In this document: piece after piece, positions 35,901-43,130 of the stretch
Layout: every line of letters starts with the position of its first letter
Position numbering within the stretch: position 1 is the stretch's first letter
NCBI GenBank assembly: GCA_030141605.1
Contig: JAQGDQ010000356.1
Coordinates: 1 to 43,793, forward strand
Direction: 5' to 3'
DNA length: 43,793 bases
Origin: Tubiluchus corallicola
Taxonomy: Eukaryota; Animalia; Priapulida
Notes under the pieces: model-generated
The model's database searches: none
Told to the model about the DNA's origin: nothing
The model's input: only the letters and a program-made list of their open reading frames with translations
Translations under genes and position numbers: made by a program

Positions 35901-38900
35901 CTCTTCTGTCCGCATGTTTTACCTCCGCAAAAGTTGTTTCCACTGCGTCCACACGGACACAGACTTTTCTGCACGTTTTACGTCCGCAAAAGTTGTTTCC
36001 ACTGCTTCCACAGAGACATAGGCTATTCTGTCCGCACGTTTTACCTCCGCAAAAGTTCTTTCCACTGCGTCCACACAGACATAGGCTTTTCTGTCCGCAC
36101 GTTTTACGTCCGCAAAAGTTGTTTCCACTGCGTCCACACAGACATACGCTTTTCTGTCCGCATGTTTTACCTCCGCAAAAGTTATTTCCACTGCGTCCAC
36201 ACAGACACAGACTTTTCTGTCCGCACGTTTTACGTCCGCAAAAGTTGTTTCCACTGCGTCCACACAGACATAGGCATTTCTGTCCGCACGTTTTACGTCC
36301 GCAAAAGTTGTTTCCACTGCGTCCACACGGACACAGACTTTTCTGTCAGCACGTTTTACGTCCGCAAATGTTGTTTCAACTGCGTCCACACAGACATAGG
36401 CTTTTTTATCCGCACATATATATAAGATTTGCAATAAAAATTTGGATAGCGTACAGTGAATTGACTACTAGATAAGCTTTCATGAATTGCTTTATTTCTC
36501 CTGTTGGTTCAGTGCCCTAGCAGCAGCAAAGTATATTGCATAATTGTATATATGTATGTATATTGCTTTCCAGTGGAAATTGAATGGACCGATTGTTTTC
36601 ACTTTAAATAAAAAATGGTTTTTATTATATAGATAACAATGTTTTGAAACTCAGGGATTTATAATTATAGACTTATAATTAAAGTCGATATATACTATTG
36701 CGTTTGTAAATATGTACTATAAATTTAAAAATGAGTGGATCACGGAATCCCAAAATCAGACCTAAATTTGCAGAAACGTTAACATTATGACAAAAGCTAG
36801 ATGTTGACTATTGACTTCACTAATGACTTCAAAGGCTCCTTGAACCCACCGCTGCTTAGTAAAATCTCTGTGACTTTATTTGGGATAACTTTTGTCGTAC
36901 AAACCTCTACAGCGGGCGCAATTTGTTCGTTCTCAATTATGAAAATGAACTTGTTCACACGCAGAAAAAATGATTAAACGATTAAAGTGCGGATGTGTGC
37001 GAGTACGTGGCTTTCCGTGCGGATGCAGTGGAAACGACAAGGATGTAAAACAATGATTTGCAAAGGCGCGCTGTTTTTTCCGTGTGAGTCATACAGAATA
37101 AATCTGTGTCTGTGCGGGTTTGTGTGTGTCTGTGCGTGTCTGTGTGCATCTGTGTGTGTCTGTGCGTGTCTATGTGTCTGTGCGTGTCTGTGTGCATCTG
37201 TGCATGTCTGTGTGCATCTGTACGTGTCTGTGTGTGTCTGTGCGTGTCTATGTGTCTGTGCGTGTCTGTGTGCATCTGTGGGTGTCTGTGGGCGTTTGTG
37301 TGTGTCTGTGTGTCTATGTGTCTGTGCATGTCTGTGCGGGTCTGTGCGGGTCTGTGTGTGTCTGTGCGTGTCTGTGTGTGTCTGTGCATGTCTGTGTGCA
37401 TCTGTACGTGTCTGTGTGTGTCTGTGCGTGTCTATGTGTCTGTGCGTGTCTGTGTGCATCTGTGGGCGTCTGTGTGTGTCTGTGTGTCTATGTGTCTGTG
37501 CATGTCTGTGTGGATGCAGGGGAAACGCGGCCTTAGTGTGGTGATGTCTTCGGATGAATTTATCGAAATTTAGATGACAATTTAAAATTAATTTGTTAAA
37601 AAATACACTTATATCTCGATTTGTCGGTCCTGGCTTTTAGAGATAGGAAAAGAATTGGGCAAAATCTTGTCTACTAAAAAGTCAAGCATGCTACGGACAC
37701 AGTCCGTTATTTTGCGAGCTGGCTGCTAGTTGGCTGGCTGTCACTTTGTTTACTCCATTACATCAGCGCAACCAACTAACGAATAATGATGTTAGCGTAC
37801 AAAAGTGAAGTATCATAAAAATAGTAAAAGCTCATTGGTCACACAAAAGTATCTTATTTAAGCATGTGCAGAAAAAATATAGAGTCAATTATGCGGAGTT
37901 ATTTGAGTCAATTGCCAACGGTTCTTATATACTCTTGTACGGTAGCGGCCCGAACTAGACATTTTTGAGATAATTCTACATGAGTACTAACACACGGTGC
38001 CTATTGTATCAGTTTAGTATTGATAAATACGGATAATCGGCAAATTCAGACCGACGTCTCTCCACTTTTGTCCGCAAACTGTGATATGAGTGTAGAAGGA
38101 AATATAGGTAATAATTAGTTATATATGATTAATTAATTAAGTTGCACAAAATCGAACAGATGTCGTAGATCGACGACTACCTGTATTATTTTCGTTGTGT
38201 CTAAGTTATTTCTTTTTTGTTGTGTTGAAAATAAATTTCGGTTTTAATACATTTCAGATTCGAACTCGTGTCAAGAGTAGGATCGATCACAGACATTACT
38301 AGCTTGTTCTGTGTTGCTCCAATGAAAGGTAGCCTAGGTGCTAATGACAGAGCTGTACAGGTATTGCTCCTTTCTTTCATAAATTTTTTGCCTTGTTACA
38401 GTAAGTCCTCACCTAATGACTCTGTGTTTAGCGAACTTCGCTTTAATGACGCTGACCTTTTGACACCTTTCATTTACTAAACAACACACGCTTCGCTTTA
38501 GCGACGCTGACCTTTTGACACCTTTTATTCACTAAACGACACACGTTTTGCTTTAACAACGCTGACCTTTTGACACCTTTTATTCACTAAACGACACACG
38601 TTTTGCTTTAACAACGCTGACCTTTTGACACCTTTTATTCACTAAACGACACGCTTCGCTTTAACAACGCTGACCTTTTGACACCTTTTATTCACTAAAT
38701 GAAACACGTTTCGCTTTAACAACGCTGACCTTTTGACACCTTTTATTCACTAAACGACACATGTTTCGCTTTAACAATGCTGACCTTTTGACACCTTTTA
38801 TTCACTAAACGACACATGTTTCGCTTTAACAATGCTGACCTTTTGACACCTTTTATTCACTAAACGACACGCTTCGCTTTAACGACGCTGACCTTTTGAC

Positions 38901-41900
38901 ACCTTTTATTCACTAAACGACACACGTTTTGCTTTAACAACGCTGACCTTTTGACACCTTTTATTCACTAAACGACACACGTTTTGCTTTAACAACGCTG
39001 ACCTTTTGACACCTTTTATTCACTAAACGACACACTTCGCTTTAGCGACGCTGACCTTTTGACACCTTTTATTCACTAAACGACACGCTTCGCTTTAGCG
39101 ACGCTGACCTTTTGACACCTTTTATTCACTAAATGAAACACGTTTCGCTTTAATGACGCTGACCTTTTGACACCTTTCATTTACTAAACGAGGCATGTTT
39201 CGATTTTTTTCAGCTTTCAGGTGCTGAAATTTTGCTTGCTGTACTGTTAACAGAAATCACAGTAATAATTTGCGCTAGGCAGTCAGAGGCCCGCAATGGT
39301 GATTCATTGCTGGCTACTCACTAATTACTATAGCACGTTCCCAGTGTGTAGAAATGAAATTCCTCTGGTAAAAATTTCTCATGTCACATTACTAGTTTAA
39401 TTATTACTGCATTCACCTCTTTTGCATTTAATTTGTTGGAAGAACAACACTAGAAATTGAACGTTAATTTATATCAGCACAATATCAATGCTATATATCA
39501 ATGCAATTGAAAGCTTTACATATCCAGACATTATTGATTTTTGTCCTGTAGAGCAACTGAAAGCTTTACATATCCAGGCATTATTGATTTTTGTCCTGCA
39601 GGGCAACTGAAAGCTTTACATTTCCAGGCATTATTGATTTTTGTCCTGCAGGGCAACTGAAAGCTTTACATATCCAGGCATTATTGATTTTTGTCCTTTA
39701 GGGCAACTGAAAGCTTTACATATCCAGGCATTATGAGTATTTGTCCTGTTGGGCAAGTGAAAGCTTTACATAGCCAGGCATTATGAATATTTGTCCTGCA
39801 GGGCAACTGAAAGCTTTACATAGCCAGGCATTATTGATTTTTGTCCTGCAGGGCAACTGAAAGCTTTACATATCCAGGCATTATTGATTTTTGTCCTGCA
39901 GGGCAACGGAAAGCTTTACATATCCAGGCATTATTGATTTTTGTCCTGCAGGGCAACTGAAAGCTTTACATATCTAGGCATTATTGATTTTTGTCCTGCA
40001 GGGCAACTGAAAGCTTTACATATCCAGGCATTATTGATTTTTGTCCTGTAGGGCAACTGAAAGCTTTACATATCCAGGCATTATTGATTTTTGTCCTGCA
40101 GGGCAACTGAAAGCTTTACATATCTAGGCATTATTGATTTTTGTCCTGCAGGGCAACTGAAAGCTTTACATATCCAGGCATTATTGATTTTTGTCCTGCA
40201 GGGCAACTGGAAGCTTTACATAGCCAGGCATTATGAGTATTTGTCCTGCAGGGCAACTGAAAGCTTTACATAGCCAGGCATTATTGATTTTTGTCCTGCA
40301 GGGCAACTGAAAGCTTTACATAGCCAGGCATTATGAATATTTGTCCTGCAGGGCAACTGAAAGCTTTACATATCCAGGCATTATTGATTTTTGTCCTGCA
40401 GGGCAACATAGTAAGTGCTCTTACATTGGCCAAGCATTATTGATCGTTGGGTGGGAAATGCAACTGAATGATGTTACATTGTTTTCTATAGAAGGTATTG
40501 TTTCACATAATAATGTTTTGCTGAATGACACATTTTGTTGGAACGCATTAGCATCTTCAAACGTGGACTTACTGAATTTGTTGTGTAAATATGCAATTTA
40601 GAAATGCTGTTTTTCTGCAATGCTGAAATTCTTCTCACCACATTTGTAGATAATTTTTCTAGATGACTCATGTATTTTCAGGCACTAATTACATTTAGAC
40701 CGACTCATGAAGTGTCTTTGAAAGATGAACCAATCCTCAAATGTTTAGTTATTGAGCCAAACTTGAAGCCTGGTGGTGAGACAATAGCCTGTATACCTAT
40801 CCAGGTCACAGCTAGAGCATTTTATAGCAAGTATGTGTCTGATCCGGAGTTACGTGAATTGTTAATGTTAATTATTGTTATTGTTAATTACTTGTAACTT
40901 GTTTACTAATTGCTCTTTTGTGTCAGGTAGTTAAAGTGCAAGAAAACACTCTTCATAATTAAAGATTAAAAATTCGTTATTTGTTCATATTTTGTTCATC
41001 TACGTCTTATTGCATGTAGAGCTTGTAAGAGCAGTTACGCTGTATAAAGTTTGAAACTTAAACTGGAACTGTAAGTCATTCGAAACAAGTTTAGATAACA
41101 TTGCATAAAGATTGCAAAAATATAGTGCGCTCTTCGTTAACTGAGCAAAAATATTAATTACTTTAATGTGTCACTAAGGTAATGTTTTTTGGTGAACCAG
41201 TGGTGTACACTGGGATGGTAATATGGCAGACATTTTTAATTACTTTGAATTTTCTTTTGCAATTTCATAAACCATTCACATGTTGTATCACTTTGTATGG
41301 AAGGTTTTATAAGACAAACGCGAGAATTCCATTTTTCCATCGTGTGTTCATGCGCTATTATTTTTTAATTATATTTTTAGGTTCAAGATTGTTCCAGCTG
41401 CTGATATTAATTTTGGTACTCTCCACCTGGGAACAAGAAAGAGCAGAAATCTTCTGATAGAGAATGTAGGCGAATACGAGTTTAAGTACTGCATAACCAA
41501 AGTAGTGCAGTTGCCGTCAGATCAAAATGCAAAAGGATTGAGGTATCCGTACTAGCACTTGATTTTGATTAATAGGAACACTGCAAGTAACAGGGCTTTT
41601 CATTGTTGATGATTGATGATGATAGTGAAAAGGTCAAAGGTTAAGTGTCCCGGACAATGCATTTGTGTACACTTGAGAACACCTCACTGCCTATGCTATT
41701 GTAATAGTAACAGTTTTAATGTGTTTTAACAGCTAGCTAGAACTTTACCTAGTTCATTTTTTCTTGTTCAAAACAAGATCCTGCCAGTAAATCATTCTAT
41801 GTGTAGACTAGTGGATAAATAAGTAAAATTATTGAATTTACTGAACTGATGTGGCAGATGCCTTTGTTTTTCCCACACATCATATACAGGCTAATACATA

Positions 41901-43042
41901 ATTAAGTGTACACGTTTGTGTAAAACCACCACGTTTCCCTGTCGATTGACTTTTCTATATGTCTTGCTTGGGCTTACATGCGGTTTGAGAAGCCAGCTGA
42001 CCTTCAATTCCTACATGAAAGTGCTTAGAGGTTGCTAAAGCTTTGATTTCTGACACAGGTGCTCCTTGGTCTAGGGTCTCAGTGCTGTTTTACTTAGCGT
42101 TTGTTTGTGCATTTGTTCTCCCTTTTTTGTTTACAGAAGTACTGATAATAAAACTTGTTACAGCGTTCTCATTTGTGTGTGTAGGGTGGTGTGCTATGAG
42201 AGGTATATGCAATCCTTTCCTAAACGATTCATTATTAATTATGACGAAATTTGTAGTTAGAGAATTTCATTGGCTAGATAATTAATTACATTACTAGCCA
42301 AATCTGGCAAAAAAATTTTGCGCATAAACTCACAACAACAACCCATACCACACCACCCACCATTGAATGGGCTATTCAACCATTACCAGCACAAACCCCG
42401 GCACTTTCCCATTCCTTAGAAATAAAAGGTATAACTTTTGCAATTTTTTGCAAAAAAACAGTCAAAAAACGGCCACAGTTGGGGTTTTTCGCTCCCCCCC
42501 ATTTTTCCTGGTGGGCTTGAGTCGAAAAATAAAACCCCAGCTGCGAATCTATGGGTAGATGTCTTTCATTTGGCGTATAGATTGTCAAAAATGGTAGTAC
42601 AGTTGTCGGAGCAGAAGCCCAATTAGTTGTATATATATGATGATATATACTAGGTATTAGATATAACAGATAAGATGTTAGTTTATATAGTCTGATGATC
42701 CATCTTGTATAGTTGCTCTTACACTGTATATATTGATTTCCATGGTATATGTATATATATATATATATATATTAGACTATGAGATGAAAAAACCACTAGG
42801 CTATCTTGAAATTCTACCGACTGACTCCCGAGCCAAGTCAAATTCAGTGTAATATTTTACCTGAGTTATTTTGGCCATCATTTATATAAAAACATTAAAG
42901 ATTGCAAAATGTCACATTTGTTTCTTTACATTTTAAGTGGTTCCCATAGATTGCAATCATCTTTTGACAGAACCACCCGACAAAGGGAGGGTTCCGGATC
43001 CGTAGCCGGAAGGAAGGACATGCACACCCTGGCAAACATGAA
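2398..43042 (+). CDS. HYDIN: HYDIN axonemal central pair apparatus protein, internal portion (26 exons, about 1237 aa; gene extends beyond both window ends)
   Basis: Hand-spliced exon chain is phase-consistent with no stops. Peptides such as [79 protein letters not shown] and LKNKGKYEI match HYDIN as I recall it, in colinear order. No database search was run. Confidence 0.95.
3971..4033 (+). CDS. HYDIN: HYDIN window exon 2 ([20 protein letters not shown])
   Basis: ttttacag| ... cag|gttttt; 63 nt, open, phase 1-1; low-complexity linker so homology is not recognisable. Confidence 0.6.
4276..6688 (+). repeat. 76-bp tandem array, 32 copies, spanning the acceptor of exon 3
   Basis: Unit ttaactgtaactgttttgttcag|tgggtgaagttcagttgacacctcttcagcaagcaataagta(g/t)tacacaaag(c/a). 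Confidence 0.97.
6647..6778 (+). CDS. HYDIN: HYDIN window exon 3 ([44 protein letters not shown])
   Basis: Starts within the last unit of the 76-bp array; gttcag| ... cag|gttcgt; first half of the P-loop. Confidence 0.92.
7681..7785 (+). CDS. HYDIN: HYDIN window exon 4 ([35 protein letters not shown])
   Basis: tttcag| ... g|gttcgt; completes the Walker-A-like GKT. Confidence 0.92.
7990..9556 (+). repeat. 49-bp tandem array, 32 copies, spanning the acceptor of exon 5
   Basis: Unit aatttgttttacag|gtttacgtgcgtacatgttatgtgttgaagcagct; junctions at 8003 and 9522 are exactly 31x49 apart. Confidence 0.97.
9522..9638 (+). CDS. HYDIN: HYDIN window exon 5 ([39 protein letters not shown])
   Basis: Starts within the last unit of the 49-bp array; tttacag| ... 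cag|gttcgt; phase 1-1. Confidence 0.88.
10945..11117 (+). CDS. HYDIN: HYDIN window exon 6 ([18 protein letters not shown]...[18 protein letters not shown])
   Basis: tttcag| ... g|gtgaga; an alternative in-phase donor aa|gtaaga lies at 11079. Confidence 0.75.
11270..11850 (-). mobile_element. Dispersed repeat R2, copy 1 (possible non-autonomous Helitron), with (TA)n tract
   Basis: Inverted match to 35140..35520; one end is gcggggcctttgCTAGt and the other is (TA)n. Confidence 0.6.
12825..12947 (+). CDS. HYDIN: HYDIN window exon 7 ([41 protein letters not shown])
   Basis: ttttag| ... cag|gtggga; conserved SCVLP..LLV.ILA.R.Q. Confidence 0.92.
13010..13947 (+). repeat. 76-bp intronic tandem array, about 12 copies, filling intron 7
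   Basis: Unit agctataagctattaaaacaactgttcttactttaagatttaagtacatggatcattcttcatgtatttgcttgca. Confidence 0.95.
13979..14162 (+). CDS. HYDIN: HYDIN window exon 8 ([17 protein letters not shown]...RKHIYFINL...)
   Basis: tttatag| ... cag|gtaact; adenylate-kinase-like GVVIDG. Confidence 0.92.
14432..14830 (+). repeat. 104-bp tandem repeat, about 4 copies
   Basis: ctccaagtttgccaca recurs at 14433, 14537, 14641 and 14745. Confidence 0.93.
14854..15245. mobile_element. MITE-like family R1, copy 2 (inverted relative to copy 1)
   Basis: Reverse-complement similarity to 265..639. Confidence 0.75.
15948..16170 (+). CDS. HYDIN: HYDIN window exon 9 (charged coiled coil, ...[20 protein letters not shown]...)
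   Basis: ttgcag| ... aa|gtatat; phase 1 to 2. Confidence 0.9.
16406..17000. mobile_element. MITE-like family R1, copy 3 (truncated, with internal 43-bp array)
   Basis: Begins aataagccttttc; core similar to 290..580. Confidence 0.75.
16416..16725 (+). repeat. 43-bp tandem array, about 7 copies, inside a MITE terminus
   Basis: Unit ttcgttgtgcacacacgcagttgctttaggtcaaaagataagt. Confidence 0.92.
17167..17259 (+). CDS. HYDIN: HYDIN window exon 10 ([30 protein letters not shown])
   Basis: atttag| ... aag|gtaaaa; 93 nt, phase 2-2; an in-frame alternative acceptor lies 9 nt downstream. Confidence 0.65.
17425..18450 (+). repeat. 19-bp minisatellite (aacagtaacaacgacacct)n with degenerate edges
   Basis: Direct inspection. 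Confidence 0.93.
19092..19355 (+). repeat. 132-bp tandem duplication spanning the acceptor of exon 11
   Basis: cactgagtaaagatttccgcc at 19092 and 19224. Confidence 0.93.
19288..19446 (+). CDS. HYDIN: HYDIN window exon 11 ([38 protein letters not shown]...SQLMN)
   Basis: tttttag| ... cag|gtaaca; phase 2-2. Confidence 0.8.
20395..20545 (+). CDS. HYDIN: HYDIN window exon 12 ([22 protein letters not shown]...)
   Basis: catccag| ... gag|gtgagc. Confidence 0.88.
20650..20965 (+). repeat. Compound microsatellite (AATAGT)n-(AAT)n-(AAC)n
   Basis: Direct inspection; explains the poly-L/I/N ORFs. Confidence 0.97.
21305..21417 (+). pseudogene. Degenerate displaced copy of the intron 1 end and exon 2
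   Basis: tttcta(a)taagaatttgcttttatcaca...tgagtcac...ctga..caaact.atcacatga.gt.aaatcttcca...tggtacatctcaa matches 3915..4027. Confidence 0.8.
21441..21680 (-). mobile_element. tRNA-derived SINE
   Basis: On the minus strand: A box tggtctagtgg, B box gttcgaacc, core gggtcataccaaagactttaaaaatgg, 3' hairpin agtcggc...gccgact, (TTA)n tail. Confidence 0.8.
21774..23549 (+). repeat. 99-bp tandem array, 18 copies, spanning the acceptor of exon 13
   Basis: Unit gttttctaattttcaatgtttgtttgtacgcag|gcatcagtagacgcaatgacagcggagagttccgaggcacggttgaaaggaattcccattatccag; junctions at 21799 and 23482 are 17x99 apart. Confidence 0.97.
23482..23625 (+). CDS. HYDIN: HYDIN window exon 13 ([48 protein letters not shown])
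   Basis: Starts within the last unit of the 99-bp array; acgcag| ... gag|gtaatc; phase 0-0; joins ILDILG of the next exon. Confidence 0.88.
23745..24136. mobile_element. MITE-like family R1, copy 4 (inverted)
   Basis: ttccagcgattgatgatgatcgtgaaaaggtcaaaggttaagtg is shared with 14871; ends tgtgaaaaggcttatt. Confidence 0.78.
24890..25022 (+). repeat. 48-bp tandem repeat, about 3 copies
   Basis: gtgccatctagattttgatttggtaaacttaatatt at 24890, 24938 and 24986. Confidence 0.9.
25823..26047 (+). CDS. HYDIN: HYDIN window exon 14 ([26 protein letters not shown]...)
   Basis: ttttag| ... att|gtatgt. Confidence 0.92.
27045..27202 (+). CDS. HYDIN: HYDIN window exon 15 ([21 protein letters not shown]...)
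   Basis: tgacag| ... ac|gtacgt; phase 0 to 2. Confidence 0.8.
27897..28030 (+). repeat. Dispersed repeat R3 (second copy at 37826..37958)
   Basis: Shared aagtatcttattt...gagtcaattatgc(a/g)gagttatttgagtcaatt...agcggccc. Confidence 0.75.
28280..28462 (+). CDS. HYDIN: HYDIN window exon 16 ([20 protein letters not shown]...[14 protein letters not shown]...)
   Basis: atgcag| ... aa|gtaagc. Confidence 0.93.
29818..29937 (+). CDS. HYDIN: HYDIN window exon 17 ([39 protein letters not shown])
   Basis: gaatag| ... at|gtatgt. Confidence 0.92.
30068..30248 (+). CDS. HYDIN: HYDIN window exon 18 ([19 protein letters not shown]...[25 protein letters not shown])
   Basis: ttccgcag| ... gag|gtatta; the last 24 nt form the first unit of the 45-bp array. 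Confidence 0.88.
30225..32910 (+). repeat. 45-bp tandem array, about 60 copies, spanning the donor of exon 18
   Basis: Unit acagtgcaaccaaacagtacagag|gtataacattgtaactcaatc. Confidence 0.97.
32938..33110 (+). CDS. HYDIN: HYDIN window exon 19 ([27 protein letters not shown]...FEKVLLR)
   Basis: gttacag| ... cag|gtgatg. Confidence 0.93.
33209..33407 (+). CDS. HYDIN: HYDIN window exon 20 ([30 protein letters not shown]...[10 protein letters not shown])
   Basis: tttttag| ... gag|gtatgt. Confidence 0.93.
33323..33498 (+). repeat. 88-bp tandem duplication spanning the donor of exon 20
   Basis: tgtagaacctttgtctgagc...gggtcgag|gta at 33323 and 33411. Confidence 0.95.
34131..34230 (+). CDS. HYDIN: HYDIN window exon 21 ([33 protein letters not shown])
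   Basis: tttttag| ... aag|gtattg. Confidence 0.93.
34281..34912 (+). repeat. 72-bp intronic tandem array, about 9 copies, filling intron 21
   Basis: Unit gctaaaggaaagaacaagtcactcagtatgttgggtttattttactgttatcacttaaactgtttgtggtgt. Confidence 0.95.
34932..35031 (+). CDS. HYDIN: HYDIN window exon 22 ([33 protein letters not shown])
   Basis: tttcag| ... aa|gtaagt. Confidence 0.93.
35140..35520 (+). mobile_element. Dispersed repeat R2, copy 2
   Basis: Shares accatttgcggcgatctatacatcaaacgaaaggtctcg and gcggggcctttgctagta with copy 1. Confidence 0.6.
35685..36415 (+). repeat. 63-bp tandem array, about 12 copies, at the left end of a TIR element
   Basis: Unit tttccactgcgtccacacagacacagacttttctgtccgcacgttttacgtccgcaaaagttg. 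Confidence 0.95.
37103..37512 (+). repeat. GT-rich degenerate microsatellite (gtctgt/gtgt)n at the right end of the same element
   Basis: Direct inspection. Confidence 0.92.
38258..38360 (+). CDS. HYDIN: HYDIN window exon 23 ([34 protein letters not shown])
   Basis: tttcag| ... cag|gtattg. Confidence 0.9.
38436..39202 (+). repeat. 53-55-bp intronic tandem array, about 14 copies
   Basis: Unit ttcgctttaacaacgctgaccttttgacaccttttattcactaaacgacacacg. Confidence 0.95.
39503..40407 (+). repeat. 50-bp intronic tandem array, about 18 copies
   Basis: Unit gaaagctttacatatccaggcattattgatttttgtcctgcagggcaact. Confidence 0.95.
40682..40830 (+). CDS. HYDIN: HYDIN window exon 24 ([40 protein letters not shown]...FYS)
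   Basis: tttcag| ... aa|gtatgt. Confidence 0.93.
41381..41542 (+). CDS. HYDIN: HYDIN window exon 25 ([36 protein letters not shown]...)
   Basis: tttttag| ... ag|gtatcc. Confidence 0.92.
41594..41880. mobile_element. MITE-like family R1, copy 5 (inverted, partial)
   Basis: Shared gtgaaaaggtcaaaggttaagtg and agctagctagaac...ttacctagttcatttt. Confidence 0.72.
42291..42645 (-). mobile_element. Dispersed repeat R2, diverged copy 3
   Basis: ttactagc...gcaaaaaaattttg, agaaataaaaggtataacttttgcaa and tcgaaaaataaaaccc resemble 11279..11640. Confidence 0.5.
42971..43042 (+). CDS. HYDIN: HYDIN window exon 26 ([23 protein letters not shown])
   Basis: tgacag| ... aa|gtaagc; 72 nt, phase 2-2. Confidence 0.72.
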
Positions 43043-43130
43043 GTAAGCAATTTTCAGATGTTTGCGCAATTCAATTCAATCGATTTTTTTCAAATGAAAT
43101 ACTGAATGATGGAAGTGGTTAGCATTTATA

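Larger units (their letters stand above)
35677..37533. mobile_element. About 1.86-kb non-autonomous DNA element with about 35-bp TIRs (PIF/Harbinger-like termini, family uncertain)
   Basis: cacactaaggttgcatttccactgcgtccacacagac versus the reverse complement of gtctgtgtggatgcaggggaaacgcggccttagtgtg. Confidence 0.7.

Noticed and set aside
34231-37573. Cys/His-rich, zinc-finger-looking ORFs
   Set aside because: Translations of the 72-bp, 63-bp and GT-rich repeats.
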